From Candidatus Cloacimonadota bacterium (lineage in GTDB: Bacteria; Cloacimonadota; Cloacimonadia; Cloacimonadales; TCS61), in the NCBI GenBank assembly GCA_034660955.1, contig JAYEKK010000226.1:1966-65965 (forward strand): a stretch of 64,000 bases of DNA, written 5' to 3'. A program made the translations under genes and the position numbers. Position 1 is the stretch's first letter, and each line of letters begins with the position of its first letter. This document shows, in pieces, positions 35,501 through 43,969 of the stretch. The notes below the pieces were generated by a model, which was not told where the DNA came from, did no database searches, and saw only the letters and a program-made list of their open reading frames with translations.

Positions 35501-36295
35501 ATGCTGCAATTTCCTGAAATAAATCCAACAATTATCAAACTTGGAATGTTTGAAGTCCGCTGGTATGGTCTTTTTTATATCATTGGTTTTTTGATTGCTT
35601 ACATTTTTGTTAAAAAGAGTTATGCACATAACAATATTAAATTAAAAAAAGAGGATTATGAAACTCTTCTCTTTAATCTTATGCTTGGGGTGATCATCGG
35701 CGGCAGGCTTGGATATATTTTATTCTACAATTTCCAATTTTATTTGAGTAATCCGTTACAAATCCTTGCTGTCTGGCAAGGTGGGATGTCATTTCATGGC
35801 GGAGCAATCGGAGTTTTAGTATTTGGTTATTTCTTCTGTAAAAAGCATAATTACAATTTCTATAAATTGGCTGATCCTGTAGCACCATTTGCTTCTATTG
35901 CACTTTTTTTGGGACGGATCGGCAACTTTATTAATGGTGAATTGTGGGGACGAGCCACAAATGTACCATGGGCAATGATTTTCCCCTCAGATCCCCAGAA
36001 ACTTGCACGTCATCCTTCACAACTTTATGAAGCTTTTTTAGAAGGAGCATTACTCTTTACAATAACCTACATCATGTTTCGTAAAGTCAAAAAAGCGGGA
36101 ATTGTTTTTTGGACATGGATAGGATTATATGGCTTTTTTAGAACCTTGGTTGAATTTGTACGTCAACCCGACGCAAATTTGGGTCATGTACTTGGCTTTA
36201 TGACAATGGGACAAATATTAAGTTCATTAATGATTGTTTCAAGCTTGATCGGTATTGGTTTAATTTTTCGAGTTAAAAAAGATGAAACTGAATAA
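35501..36295 (+). CDS. lgt: prolipoprotein diacylglyceryl transferase
   Basis: RWYGLFYIIGF, GGRLGY, GGMSFHGG, GRIGNFINGELWG and HPSQLYE. Confidence 0.92.
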   Translation: MLQFPEINPTIIKLGMFEVRWYGLFYIIGFLIAYIFVKKSYAHNNIKLKKEDYETLLFNLMLGVIIGGRLGYILFYNFQFYLSNPLQILAVWQGGMSFHGGAIGVLVFGYFFCKKHNYNFYKLADPVAPFASIALFLGRIGNFINGELWGRATNVPWAMIFPSDPQKLARHPSQLYEAFLEGALLFTITYIMFRKVKKAGIVFWTWIGLYGFFRTLVEFVRQPDANLGHVLGFMTMGQILSSLMIVSSLIGIGLIFRVKKDETE

Positions 36296-36905
36296 GTTTT
36301 TTCTTTTATTTATATTATTACTTTTCGTCACAAGTTGTGCATTTTTATTAAAGCCTGCAGAGAAAGATAAAGAAAAATTACTTTTTACACATCTCAAATT
36401 CTGGGAAAATATCCGAATCGATGGAATTATCGAAGCAAATTATAAAAATTTTGTTTTCCGAAAAAACATAACCATCAAGAAAAATAGCTCTACCTTTAGA
36501 ATCGATATTTATGATTCCGGAATATTTGGAATGCAGCCAACACCATTTATTTCTGCTTATTACGATTCAGTTTTGACGATCCGCACTCCAGATCAGCAAA
36601 TTAATCAGCTTGGTTATGAAGAAAAAGAATTTGATCTTTCAATTCTATTTGAATTATCCGACCTGTTTACAAATAAAGATGAAATAATTAAGCACCAAAA
36701 ACTTAATTATAAAGATGCAATAATCATTTTTTCTGATAACATGAATATCAGTGAGATCGTCAGTAGTACTAATTCTACAAAGATAATATTTAATTACTTA
36801 CAAGATCTTGATTCAATAACGTTCCATAAAGAAAAAACAGAAATTATTAATATTCAAATTGACAAAATTATGCATCTGAATGAAGAAATTAATAGATTAA
36901 ATTAA
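36282..36905 (+). CDS. putative lipoprotein, function unknown
   Basis: Signal peptide plus lipobox (LFVTSC). Overlaps the lgt stop by 14 nt. Confidence 0.55.
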   Translation: MKLNKFFLLFILLLFVTSCAFLLKPAEKDKEKLLFTHLKFWENIRIDGIIEANYKNFVFRKNITIKKNSSTFRIDIYDSGIFGMQPTPFISAYYDSVLTIRTPDQQINQLGYEEKEFDLSILFELSDLFTNKDEIIKHQKLNYKDAIIIFSDNMNISEIVSSTNSTKIIFNYLQDLDSITFHKEKTEIINIQIDKIMHLNEEINRLN

Positions 36906-36942
36906 TGAACTGCCAAAATGGAATTCAGTTCTGAGGTATATT

Positions 36943-38238
36943 ATGATTGATAGATACTCACGAAAGGAAATGACCAAGATCTGGGATTTGCAGAATCGTT
37001 TTCAATGTATGCTGGATGTAGAGATCGCAGCATGCAAAGCAATGAACGAGCTGGGAATAATTCCTAAAGAAGACCTTGATGTGATCGTAGAGAAAGCTGA
37101 TTTTGATGTTGAGAGAATTGCTGAGATCGAAGAGATCACACATCATGATGTTATTGCTTTTCTTACAAATATAGCAGAATATGTCGGTCCTCCATCACAC
37201 TGGATACATTTTGGAATGACTTCATCCGACGTACTTGATACGGCTTCCTCCATCCAGCTTAAACAAGCTGGAGAACTTATTCTTCGTGATTTACAAAAAT
37301 TTTCTGAAATCCTTAAAATGAAAGCTCGTGAATACAAAAAGACCCTTTGTATCGGAAGATCCCACGGTATTCATGCAGAGCCTACTACATACGGTCTGAA
37401 ATATGCACTTTGGTTTGATGAAATGCAAAGAAATATTACAAGAATGGAAAATGCAATTAATATTGTTTCGGTAGGACAAATTTCCGGTGCTGTTGGAAAC
37501 TATGCTCATCTTTCTCCCGAAATTGAAGAGATAGCCTGTAAATATCTTGATCTTGATCCGGTAAATATTTCTACACAAGTTATTCAAAGAGATAGAATTT
37601 CTGAATTTATGAACACTCTTGCAATTATTGGTTCAACCATAGAAAAAATATCAATGGAGATTCGACATCTACAACGAACCGAAGTTCTGGAAGTGGAAGA
37701 GAATTTCTCCAAGGGACAAAAAGGTTCCTCGGCAATGCCGCATAAACGTAATCCAATTATTACGGAACGTATGTGTGGAATGACTCGTCTCCTGCGTTCT
37801 AATGCGATTGCAGCGTTAGAAAATAATGCTCTCTGGCACGAAAGGGATATCAGTCATTCTTCAGTTGAACGAATTATTTTACCCGATTCAACTATCTTGA
37901 TGAACTATATGTTGAATAAAATGATCCCTTTAATAGAAAATTTACTTGTATACCCTGAAAAAATGATGCAGAATATTGAGATCACAAATGGTCTTGTTTT
38001 TTCTCAAGTTGTCTTATTGGAGCTTTCCAAGAAAGGAATTTCTAGAGAAAGATCTTATGCCCTGGTCCAACGAAATGCAATGGAATGCTGGAAATCTAAA
38101 AAACCATTTGCAGAGCTGATCCTTGCCGATGAAGAAATCCGTGAATTCCTTACCGAAGAGGAACTAGTTGATATTTTTTCCTATGAAAGATATTATAAAA
38201 ATATTGATTTTATCTTTAACAGAATTGGAATATTGTAA
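36943..38238 (+). CDS. purB: adenylosuccinate lyase
   Basis: Fumarate-lyase signature GSSAMPHKRNP. Also HFGMTSSD and RSHGIHAEPTT. Confidence 0.95.
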   Translation: MIDRYSRKEMTKIWDLQNRFQCMLDVEIAACKAMNELGIIPKEDLDVIVEKADFDVERIAEIEEITHHDVIAFLTNIAEYVGPPSHWIHFGMTSSDVLDTASSIQLKQAGELILRDLQKFSEILKMKAREYKKTLCIGRSHGIHAEPTTYGLKYALWFDEMQRNITRMENAINIVSVGQISGAVGNYAHLSPEIEEIACKYLDLDPVNISTQVIQRDRISEFMNTLAIIGSTIEKISMEIRHLQRTEVLEVEENFSKGQKGSSAMPHKRNPIITERMCGMTRLLRSNAIAALENNALWHERDISHSSVERIILPDSTILMNYMLNKMIPLIENLLVYPEKMMQNIEITNGLVFSQVVLLELSKKGISRERSYALVQRNAMECWKSKKPFAELILADEEIREFLTEEELVDIFSYERYYKNIDFIFNRIGIL

Positions 38239-38753
38239 TGTCAGAATATACTCCTGTTGAGCATTTAACCAAGATCCAAAAACTAAAATATAGAGCTGCT
38301 TTTTTTCCAATTCTGCTAGTTATTATTAGTTTTGTATTAAATATGATTTATGGAATTGATCAAACCAAATATCTCTCAATTTTTGGATTTATCTGGTATT
38401 TAATTATAATAATTCAATTCAGGGTTAGAAGAAACTATCCACCGGAAAGCAAAACGGAAATTGCACTTTCCCCGATTTATGGAAAAGTTAGCAAAATTGA
38501 AGATCGTTCCATCACCATAAAAAAGGGATTTTTTCAATCTGCAGATATTCGTTATGCCGGACAAAATATCGAAGTAACAATAAGATCTAAACAAGCTAAA
38601 TATTTTGAAGACCAACCTTCTCTTGCTGGAAGATTAATTGGTGTAATCTCATCCTCAGGAATTTGCATTTGTGGAATTCCGGAAGGCTGGAAAATTGAAT
38701 TAAATGTCGGTGATAAAGTCACAGCCGGTGAATCAATTTTGGCGGTAAAATGA
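38238..38753 (+). CDS. small membrane protein, possibly a minimal phosphatidylserine-decarboxylase-like protein
   Basis: Two N-terminal TM helices. LSPIYGKVSKIE and ...SSSGICICGIPEGWKIELNVGDKVTAGESILA resemble the ends of short Asd/Psd proteins. 4-nt overlap with pssA. Confidence 0.4.
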   Translation: MSEYTPVEHLTKIQKLKYRAAFFPILLVIISFVLNMIYGIDQTKYLSIFGFIWYLIIIIQFRVRRNYPPESKTEIALSPIYGKVSKIEDRSITIKKGFFQSADIRYAGQNIEVTIRSKQAKYFEDQPSLAGRLIGVISSSGICICGIPEGWKIELNVGDKVTAGESILAVK

Positions 38754-39463
38754 ATACAACTAAATTAAAGTATATTGTCCCAAATTCATTCACGGCTCTT
38801 AGTCTTATTTTAGGATTATCTGCATTGCATTTAATAAGTTTAGGCAACTATTTTTTAGCTGCCTGGCTAATCGGTTTTGCCATGGTTTGTGACTTTTTGG
38901 ATGGAAAATTTGCCAGGATGTTGAATGCTCAAAGTAAATTTGGAGCTCAATTTGATACATTATCCGACTTTGTAACCTTCGGAGTTACTCCCGGATTTTT
39001 AGCTTATTCCAGTTTACTAAATGAAGTAAATATTGTTGGTGCAGTAGTATCAATTTTCTATGTTTTTTGTGGAGGATATCGTTTAGTAAGATTCACTCTT
39101 AAAAATAATATCACTTCAAAAAAACAACCTTTTATCGGATTACCTATTCCGGCAGCTGCCGGAATGATAGCTTCATTTATTATTTTAAATTCATATTTTC
39201 AAGATGCTAAAATCATCGTTGATCTTTTAATAATTTCAACTTTTATAGTATCTATTTTGATGATAAGCAAGATAGAATATCTGCCGCTTGAAAAGGGTAA
39301 AAAATTATCAAAAGAATCAAAATTATTTATCTCTTTAGCAATTATTAGTATTGTTTTAGCTATTAAATTTTCCTATTTTATTTTCATAATCTGGATGTTG
39401 ATATATATTCTTTATGGTGTGCTCAGACAAATATTGCTTTCTTTCAAAAAAACACGCTCCTAA
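38750..39463 (+). CDS. pssA: CDP-diacylglycerol--serine O-phosphatidyltransferase
   Basis: CDP-alcohol transferase motif DFLDGKFARMLNAQSKFGAQFDTLSD; multi-TM. Confidence 0.85.
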   Translation: MNTTKLKYIVPNSFTALSLILGLSALHLISLGNYFLAAWLIGFAMVCDFLDGKFARMLNAQSKFGAQFDTLSDFVTFGVTPGFLAYSSLLNEVNIVGAVVSIFYVFCGGYRLVRFTLKNNITSKKQPFIGLPIPAAAGMIASFIILNSYFQDAKIIVDLLIISTFIVSILMISKIEYLPLEKGKKLSKESKLFISLAIISIVLAIKFSYFIFIIWMLIYILYGVLRQILLSFKKTRS

Positions 39464-39572
39464 AATCACATAACATCTCATTTCCAAATTATAATAACAC
39501 CCTATAGCTCACTAACTTCTTGTATTTAGAGTTATTACCATCATGTATATTTACGTATCTTTTATATTATCC

Positions 39573-39600
39573 TTGACATACATATGCTCATTCTTATAAA
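39573..39600 (+). promoter_or_regulatory. candidate sigma70-type promoter
   Basis: TTGACA (39573-39578), 16-nt spacer, TATAAA (39595-39600), about 70 nt upstream of the ATG at 39672. Confidence 0.3.
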
Positions 39601-39671
39601 AGACATATAAATGTAATCAGAGATTAATAGATTTGTATTGCAAGATTTTAACAGTGTTTTAAGGAGATATT

Positions 39672-40367
39672 ATGCCAATATTCAAAGATAATTATTTTAC
39701 AAATGACACCTATTCACTTCGTACTGAAAGACTGAAGATAATAAAAAATTATATACTCGACTGGTCGGGACATTTATCGCTTTCAAAAGAGTTACTTGAT
39801 TGGGGAATGGCGGCTCCGAATAGATGGCAAAATATCCAAAAAAAAGTTGAAGAAAAAAAGAATAAGTCCAACGATATTTTTCTGGAACTAAAAGAAATTG
39901 ATGAAATAACTTTCAAGTATTATCTACGCTGTAAACGTTTGATCTATAACAAATATATTGAAAACAAAAAGATATTACATCAATATGGAATCGATACAAA
40001 ATTCCCCAGGAACAGGCAGGAAAAAATTTATACAATTAAGAAAATGCTAAAGGCATTTACCAAACAAAAAGAACATAATGAACCCGATCTTATCCCGGAA
40101 GATTTTATTTTAAAACTTGAATCATTATTTAAAAAATCGGAAACAACATTTGAAAAAGCTCATTCAAATAGCAGATCAATTTCTTCAGAAGCAGTTGAAA
40201 AACAAGTTGAAATTTTTAAAGAGGATTCTAAGAAATTACGGACATTATATTCATGGGCATTAATGACCTGGGAACCGGATGAACCTTACCTGGTTCAACT
40301 AGGATTTGCCGTAAAAGCTAAGAAGAAAAGTAAGGCCGAAAACGAGATAGATGAGGTATTGGAATAA
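39672..40367 (+). CDS. hypothetical protein (helical, charged, no recognizable motif)
   Basis: AGGAG RBS; 231-aa ORF; overlaps comF by 17 nt. Confidence 0.5.
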   Translation: MPIFKDNYFTNDTYSLRTERLKIIKNYILDWSGHLSLSKELLDWGMAAPNRWQNIQKKVEEKKNKSNDIFLELKEIDEITFKYYLRCKRLIYNKYIENKKILHQYGIDTKFPRNRQEKIYTIKKMLKAFTKQKEHNEPDLIPEDFILKLESLFKKSETTFEKAHSNSRSISSEAVEKQVEIFKEDSKKLRTLYSWALMTWEPDEPYLVQLGFAVKAKKKSKAENEIDEVLE

Positions 40368-41067
40368 TATGAATATTCTACAAACATTTATTGGACTTTT
40401 TTTTCCAAAAATATGTTTGAGTTGCGATGAACATCTTTTAGAAAATGAACAATTTCTCTGTTCAAATTGTTTTAGTTCACTTAAGTTTTTAGAGGATATT
40501 TGTATCATTTGTGGTGCACCAAAAACCATAAGAGAATGTAAGGTTTGTCAGACTAATGAATTTCAATTTGATAAAGCTCGTTCGGTTTTCATGTTTAATA
40601 AAGTCGTGCAAAATATGATACATGAATTCAAATATAACGAAATGACGCGGGTTGCAAAATTTATGGGAATGCAAGCACAAGAATATATTGAAAAATTCCA
40701 GCCCTTTGATCATATTGATTATATTGTTCCGGTTCCACTTCATAAAGTAAAAAAACGCTCCCGCGGATTTAATCAAGCTGAATACCTTACCCGAGAGATT
40801 TCTAATAACATGAACTGGAAGTATCTCCCTAAACTAATTAAGAGAAAGAGATTCACAGAAACTCAAACGAAATTAAATAAAGATCAAAGAAAGAAAAATG
40901 TATCTCTTGCTTTTGCGATTAATACTAAATATAAGATCATGGGAAAGAACATTTTACTGGTGGATGACGTGTTCACAACCGGTGCTACAGCTAATTCTAT
41001 TGCCATAGCCTTAAAGGAAAAACAAGTAAATAGGGTTTATGTTTTAACAATTGCAAGAGCGTTGTAG
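40351..41067 (+). CDS. comF: ComF family phosphoribosyltransferase-like protein
   Basis: N-terminal double CxxC zinc finger. PRTase motif ILLVDDVFTTGATA. Confidence 0.8.
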   Translation: MRYWNNMNILQTFIGLFFPKICLSCDEHLLENEQFLCSNCFSSLKFLEDICIICGAPKTIRECKVCQTNEFQFDKARSVFMFNKVVQNMIHEFKYNEMTRVAKFMGMQAQEYIEKFQPFDHIDYIVPVPLHKVKKRSRGFNQAEYLTREISNNMNWKYLPKLIKRKRFTETQTKLNKDQRKKNVSLAFAINTKYKIMGKNILLVDDVFTTGATANSIAIALKEKQVNRVYVLTIARAL

Positions 41068-41126
41068 TAGAAATTATTATCCCTAATCGTCCGCAAAAAA
41101 AGTTATGTGGTAGATCATTGATTGTA

Positions 41127-41172
41127 GCTCAGACACTCTTGTCTGAGCATGCACGTTCAGGAGTGAACGTGC
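41127..41172. repeat. twin perfect hairpins (9-bp stems, 4-nt loops)
   Basis: GCTCAGACA-CTCT-TGTCTGAGC, AT, GCACGTTCA-GGAG-TGAACGTGC. Lies between convergent genes with no adjacent T-tract. Confidence 0.85.
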
Positions 41173-41176
41173 TACG

Positions 41177-43591
41177 CTACTTTAATAACAGCATCTTCTT
41201 TGTAATATATTTCTTTGGTGTTTGTAATCTATAAAAATATACTCCTGATGAAACTCTTTTGCCATTATCATCTCTGCCATTCCAGATCATTTCGCTTCTA
41301 CCCGGACTCATATAACAGTCTAATAAAGTTTTTACTTTCTGTCCTTTAATGTTGTAAATTTCTAACTTAACCTGCCCAGATTCCGGCAGATCGAAAACTA
41401 TTTTAGTTTCCGGATTAAAGGGATTGGGGAAATTTGTTAATTGGTAATCGGTCACTGGTAATTGGTCATTGGTAATTCCAACAGGATATTCATCTGCTCC
41501 AAACTCATAACAACCCATATCAATGATAGCAGTTCCGTTATTGTCTCCATCCCACACACGGTAATTATGCAAAAGATCCCATGGTGGCAAGAATAGTCCT
41601 AAAGTATCCGGTGTACCGGTATCTACGCAGGGTGAATCTAAAGTTAGTTGATACGGATAATCACCAGTTAGAAGAAAAAGTGGATCTTCGTCTATGTTGC
41701 CTTCTAACCAATTTACTATGTTAACTCCATTTTGATTATAAATTGCGCTTTCTCCACCCAAAATATTGCAATTGGAAATATCTATTTCACTAATTATTCC
41801 TTGCCCTGATTTATCAAAAAGAGCTATCTCATAATCACCGATATTTCTTAAAATATTATTTCTACAGTTTATATTCCCCTGAACCTCGATACCATACGGA
41901 GATTCATTATTAATTACAGTATTATTTGTGAATGTTAAGTTATGATCATTCAAAAGTTTAACATATATAGTACTTCTACCAAACGTAACTGAATTATCTG
42001 CAAATAAGCAATTATTGATTATTACATCTCCTACTTCTTGATTATAATAGGATATTATTAGAGCACTAGCATATCCTTCCCACAAAGTATTTACAGCATT
42101 GTTATTAATGAACTCACAATTTTCAATTATAAAATCTCCATAACCATCCGTATGTAACCCGGCTGCAGGTGCTATTGATGAACTTGAAGATGTATTATTT
42201 GAGAAAATGCAGTCTTCTGCTTTAAAAAAAGTAGTACCATTAAACTGACCGCTAGCCGATAATTGCATATCTATGTTATCTATTGTAACATTTTTCAATT
42301 GTATGTTCCCACCTGATGTAGCACTACAGATTGCACCTCCCAAATCCAAAACTATGCAATCTTGAATTAACAGATTTTCGAATTTAATAAAATCACTATA
42401 TGATATCATTATAAAATCATTATTAGTCAAACCATTTTGGAATGTCATATTTTTTATGGTTGAATTATCATAATCTGTTCCCGCATAAAAAAAAGGATAA
42501 CCACCCATTTCTCCATCGATAATAGTTGTGTTCGTATTTTCACCAATAATATTCACATTCGACTTGCAGCCAAAGGTAAGTTGTTGCTGATTTAAACTTT
42601 TACTATAAATCCCCTCCGCCAGATGGACAGTATGAGGGTTATCACTATTGGAGGCAATATTTCTAACAGCAAGATTAATTGTTTTCAATGGTTCATCTGC
42701 AGTTAATCCGGAATTTTCATCATTCCCTTCGGGAGAGACGTAGAGATCGTGGTCTATTGGTTCAATAATATGATGCAGGATATCAAAATTATACGTAAAA
42801 TTGTCATCCCCCGGATATTTCTGGGCAAAATACCTTGTTGGTTCCGCTACTGTGAAAGTATCAACTATTACTGTTTGTTCATCACTGTGTATTGATTGTA
42901 CAAACATTTCAACACCTGTAGCCGCAACATTGTTATATATACTGCATCTGTTAACAGGATCAAACTCTACTTGAGATTCACCACCAATAGCTAATCCTCC
43001 ACCAGTTTTATAAGCAAAATTCTGTTTTATAGAATTACCAGACAAAAAAACCAATCCATTGATTATTGACAAACCACCAGTAACAAAGCTAAAATTATTA
43101 ATGATATGGCAATTAATTATATCACATTGTACAAATTCTTGATAATCAGCGAATATGCTTATCCCACCACCGAAGAGCGGATCATCATCCACCCCCTGTC
43201 CATTTGTAATGGTCAAACCACGCAAACATGTGTCAGTTTCCTGTGAGATGATACTCACACAACTTGATAATCTTTGACCATCGATGATAGTAGAATATAT
43301 GTATTGTTCATCACCTGTGGTTAATTCAAGACTGGCAACTGTGATGTTTTTGCCGATGTAATCGATATTTTCGTAATATGTACCAGGATAGACGAGAACC
43401 GTATCAGTATCAGCAGAAGCATTTATTCCTTCCTGGATAGTTATAAAGTTACCTGTGCCGTCTTGTTTGATGTGGTAGGTAACGGAATTTAGCAACGAAC
43501 AAACGCTAACAAAAACGAACAGAAGAAATAAATGCCGGCTTTGCAAAATAGAAGGACATCTTCGGAAGAATAACTTGGTATTAGTATTCAT
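41177..43591 (-). CDS. secreted right-handed beta-helix (pectate-lyase-fold) protein with a T9SS-type C-terminal domain
   Basis: ATG at 43591 preceded by GGAG. Signal peptide, many beta-helix repeats (NCHIINN, NCEFINNNA, NCLFADNS, NNTVINN). CTD reads NFPNPFNPETKIVFDLPESGQVKLEIYNIKGQKV...SGVYFYRL. Confidence 0.8.
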   Translation of the reverse strand: MNTNTKLFFRRCPSILQSRHLFLLFVFVSVCSLLNSVTYHIKQDGTGNFITIQEGINASADTDTVLVYPGTYYENIDYIGKNITVASLELTTGDEQYIYSTIIDGQRLSSCVSIISQETDTCLRGLTITNGQGVDDDPLFGGGISIFADYQEFVQCDIINCHIINNFSFVTGGLSIINGLVFLSGNSIKQNFAYKTGGGLAIGGESQVEFDPVNRCSIYNNVAATGVEMFVQSIHSDEQTVIVDTFTVAEPTRYFAQKYPGDDNFTYNFDILHHIIEPIDHDLYVSPEGNDENSGLTADEPLKTINLAVRNIASNSDNPHTVHLAEGIYSKSLNQQQLTFGCKSNVNIIGENTNTTIIDGEMGGYPFFYAGTDYDNSTIKNMTFQNGLTNNDFIMISYSDFIKFENLLIQDCIVLDLGGAICSATSGGNIQLKNVTIDNIDMQLSASGQFNGTTFFKAEDCIFSNNTSSSSSIAPAAGLHTDGYGDFIIENCEFINNNAVNTLWEGYASALIISYYNQEVGDVIINNCLFADNSVTFGRSTIYVKLLNDHNLTFTNNTVINNESPYGIEVQGNINCRNNILRNIGDYEIALFDKSGQGIISEIDISNCNILGGESAIYNQNGVNIVNWLEGNIDEDPLFLLTGDYPYQLTLDSPCVDTGTPDTLGLFLPPWDLLHNYRVWDGDNNGTAIIDMGCYEFGADEYPVGITNDQLPVTDYQLTNFPNPFNPETKIVFDLPESGQVKLEIYNIKGQKVKTLLDCYMSPGRSEMIWNGRDDNGKRVSSGVYFYRLQTPKKYITKKMLLLK

Positions 43592-43698
43592 ATAATCTCC
43601 TTTTTTGCTTTGTCTTCCTGAAAAATTCTTCTTCGACATTCGACGAAGGAACTGAAGCAAATTGGTTATTAATATTTTTTATCATATAACCCCCCGTT

Positions 43699-43750
43699 TT
43701 CCCCCTTTCCGTCTTCGCCAAGCTACGTCGCGACAAGCCAAAGGGGGACT
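43699..43750. repeat. GC-rich element, intergenic copy of the family seen inside nnr
   Basis: TTCCCCCTTTCCGTCTTCGCCAAGCTACGTCGCGACAAGCCAAAGGGGGAC with terminal CCCCTTT/AAAGGGG complementarity. Confidence 0.65.
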
Positions 43751-43858
43751 CTATTGTCATCCTCGCAAAAGCGGGGATCTTAGATTCCCGATCGGAGTTG
43801 GGAATTACAATTTTTTTCCTTTTTTTGTCATCCTCAGCTTGACTGAAGATCTTTCCTT

Positions 43859-43913
43859 GTTCACAAGTTGAACTTGTGAACACAATTGCGTATGCAAGTT
43901 CAACTTGCATACG
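43859..43913. repeat. twin perfect hairpins (10- and 11-bp stems, 3-nt loops)
   Basis: GTTCACAAGT-TGA-ACTTGTGAAC (43859-43881) and CGTATGCAAGT-TCA-ACTTGCATACG (43889-43913). Confidence 0.85.
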
Positions 43914-43931
43914 AGTGACCGACCTAAAGTT

Positions 43932-43957
43932 CCCTCTCCCGATTAAACGGGAGAGGG
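43932..43957. repeat. GC-rich hairpin just downstream of the 864-aa gene stop
   Basis: CCCTCTCCCG-ATTAAA-CGGGAGAGGG followed by TTAGGGTGAGGG. Confidence 0.75.
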
Positions 43958-43969
43958 TTAGGGTGAGGG

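Noticed and set aside
43581-43910. 109-aa (-) and 69-aa (+) ORFs between the beta-helix genes
   Set aside because: Both are translations of the palindromic GC-rich repeat block, which is open on both strands because of the palindromes. They are not genes.
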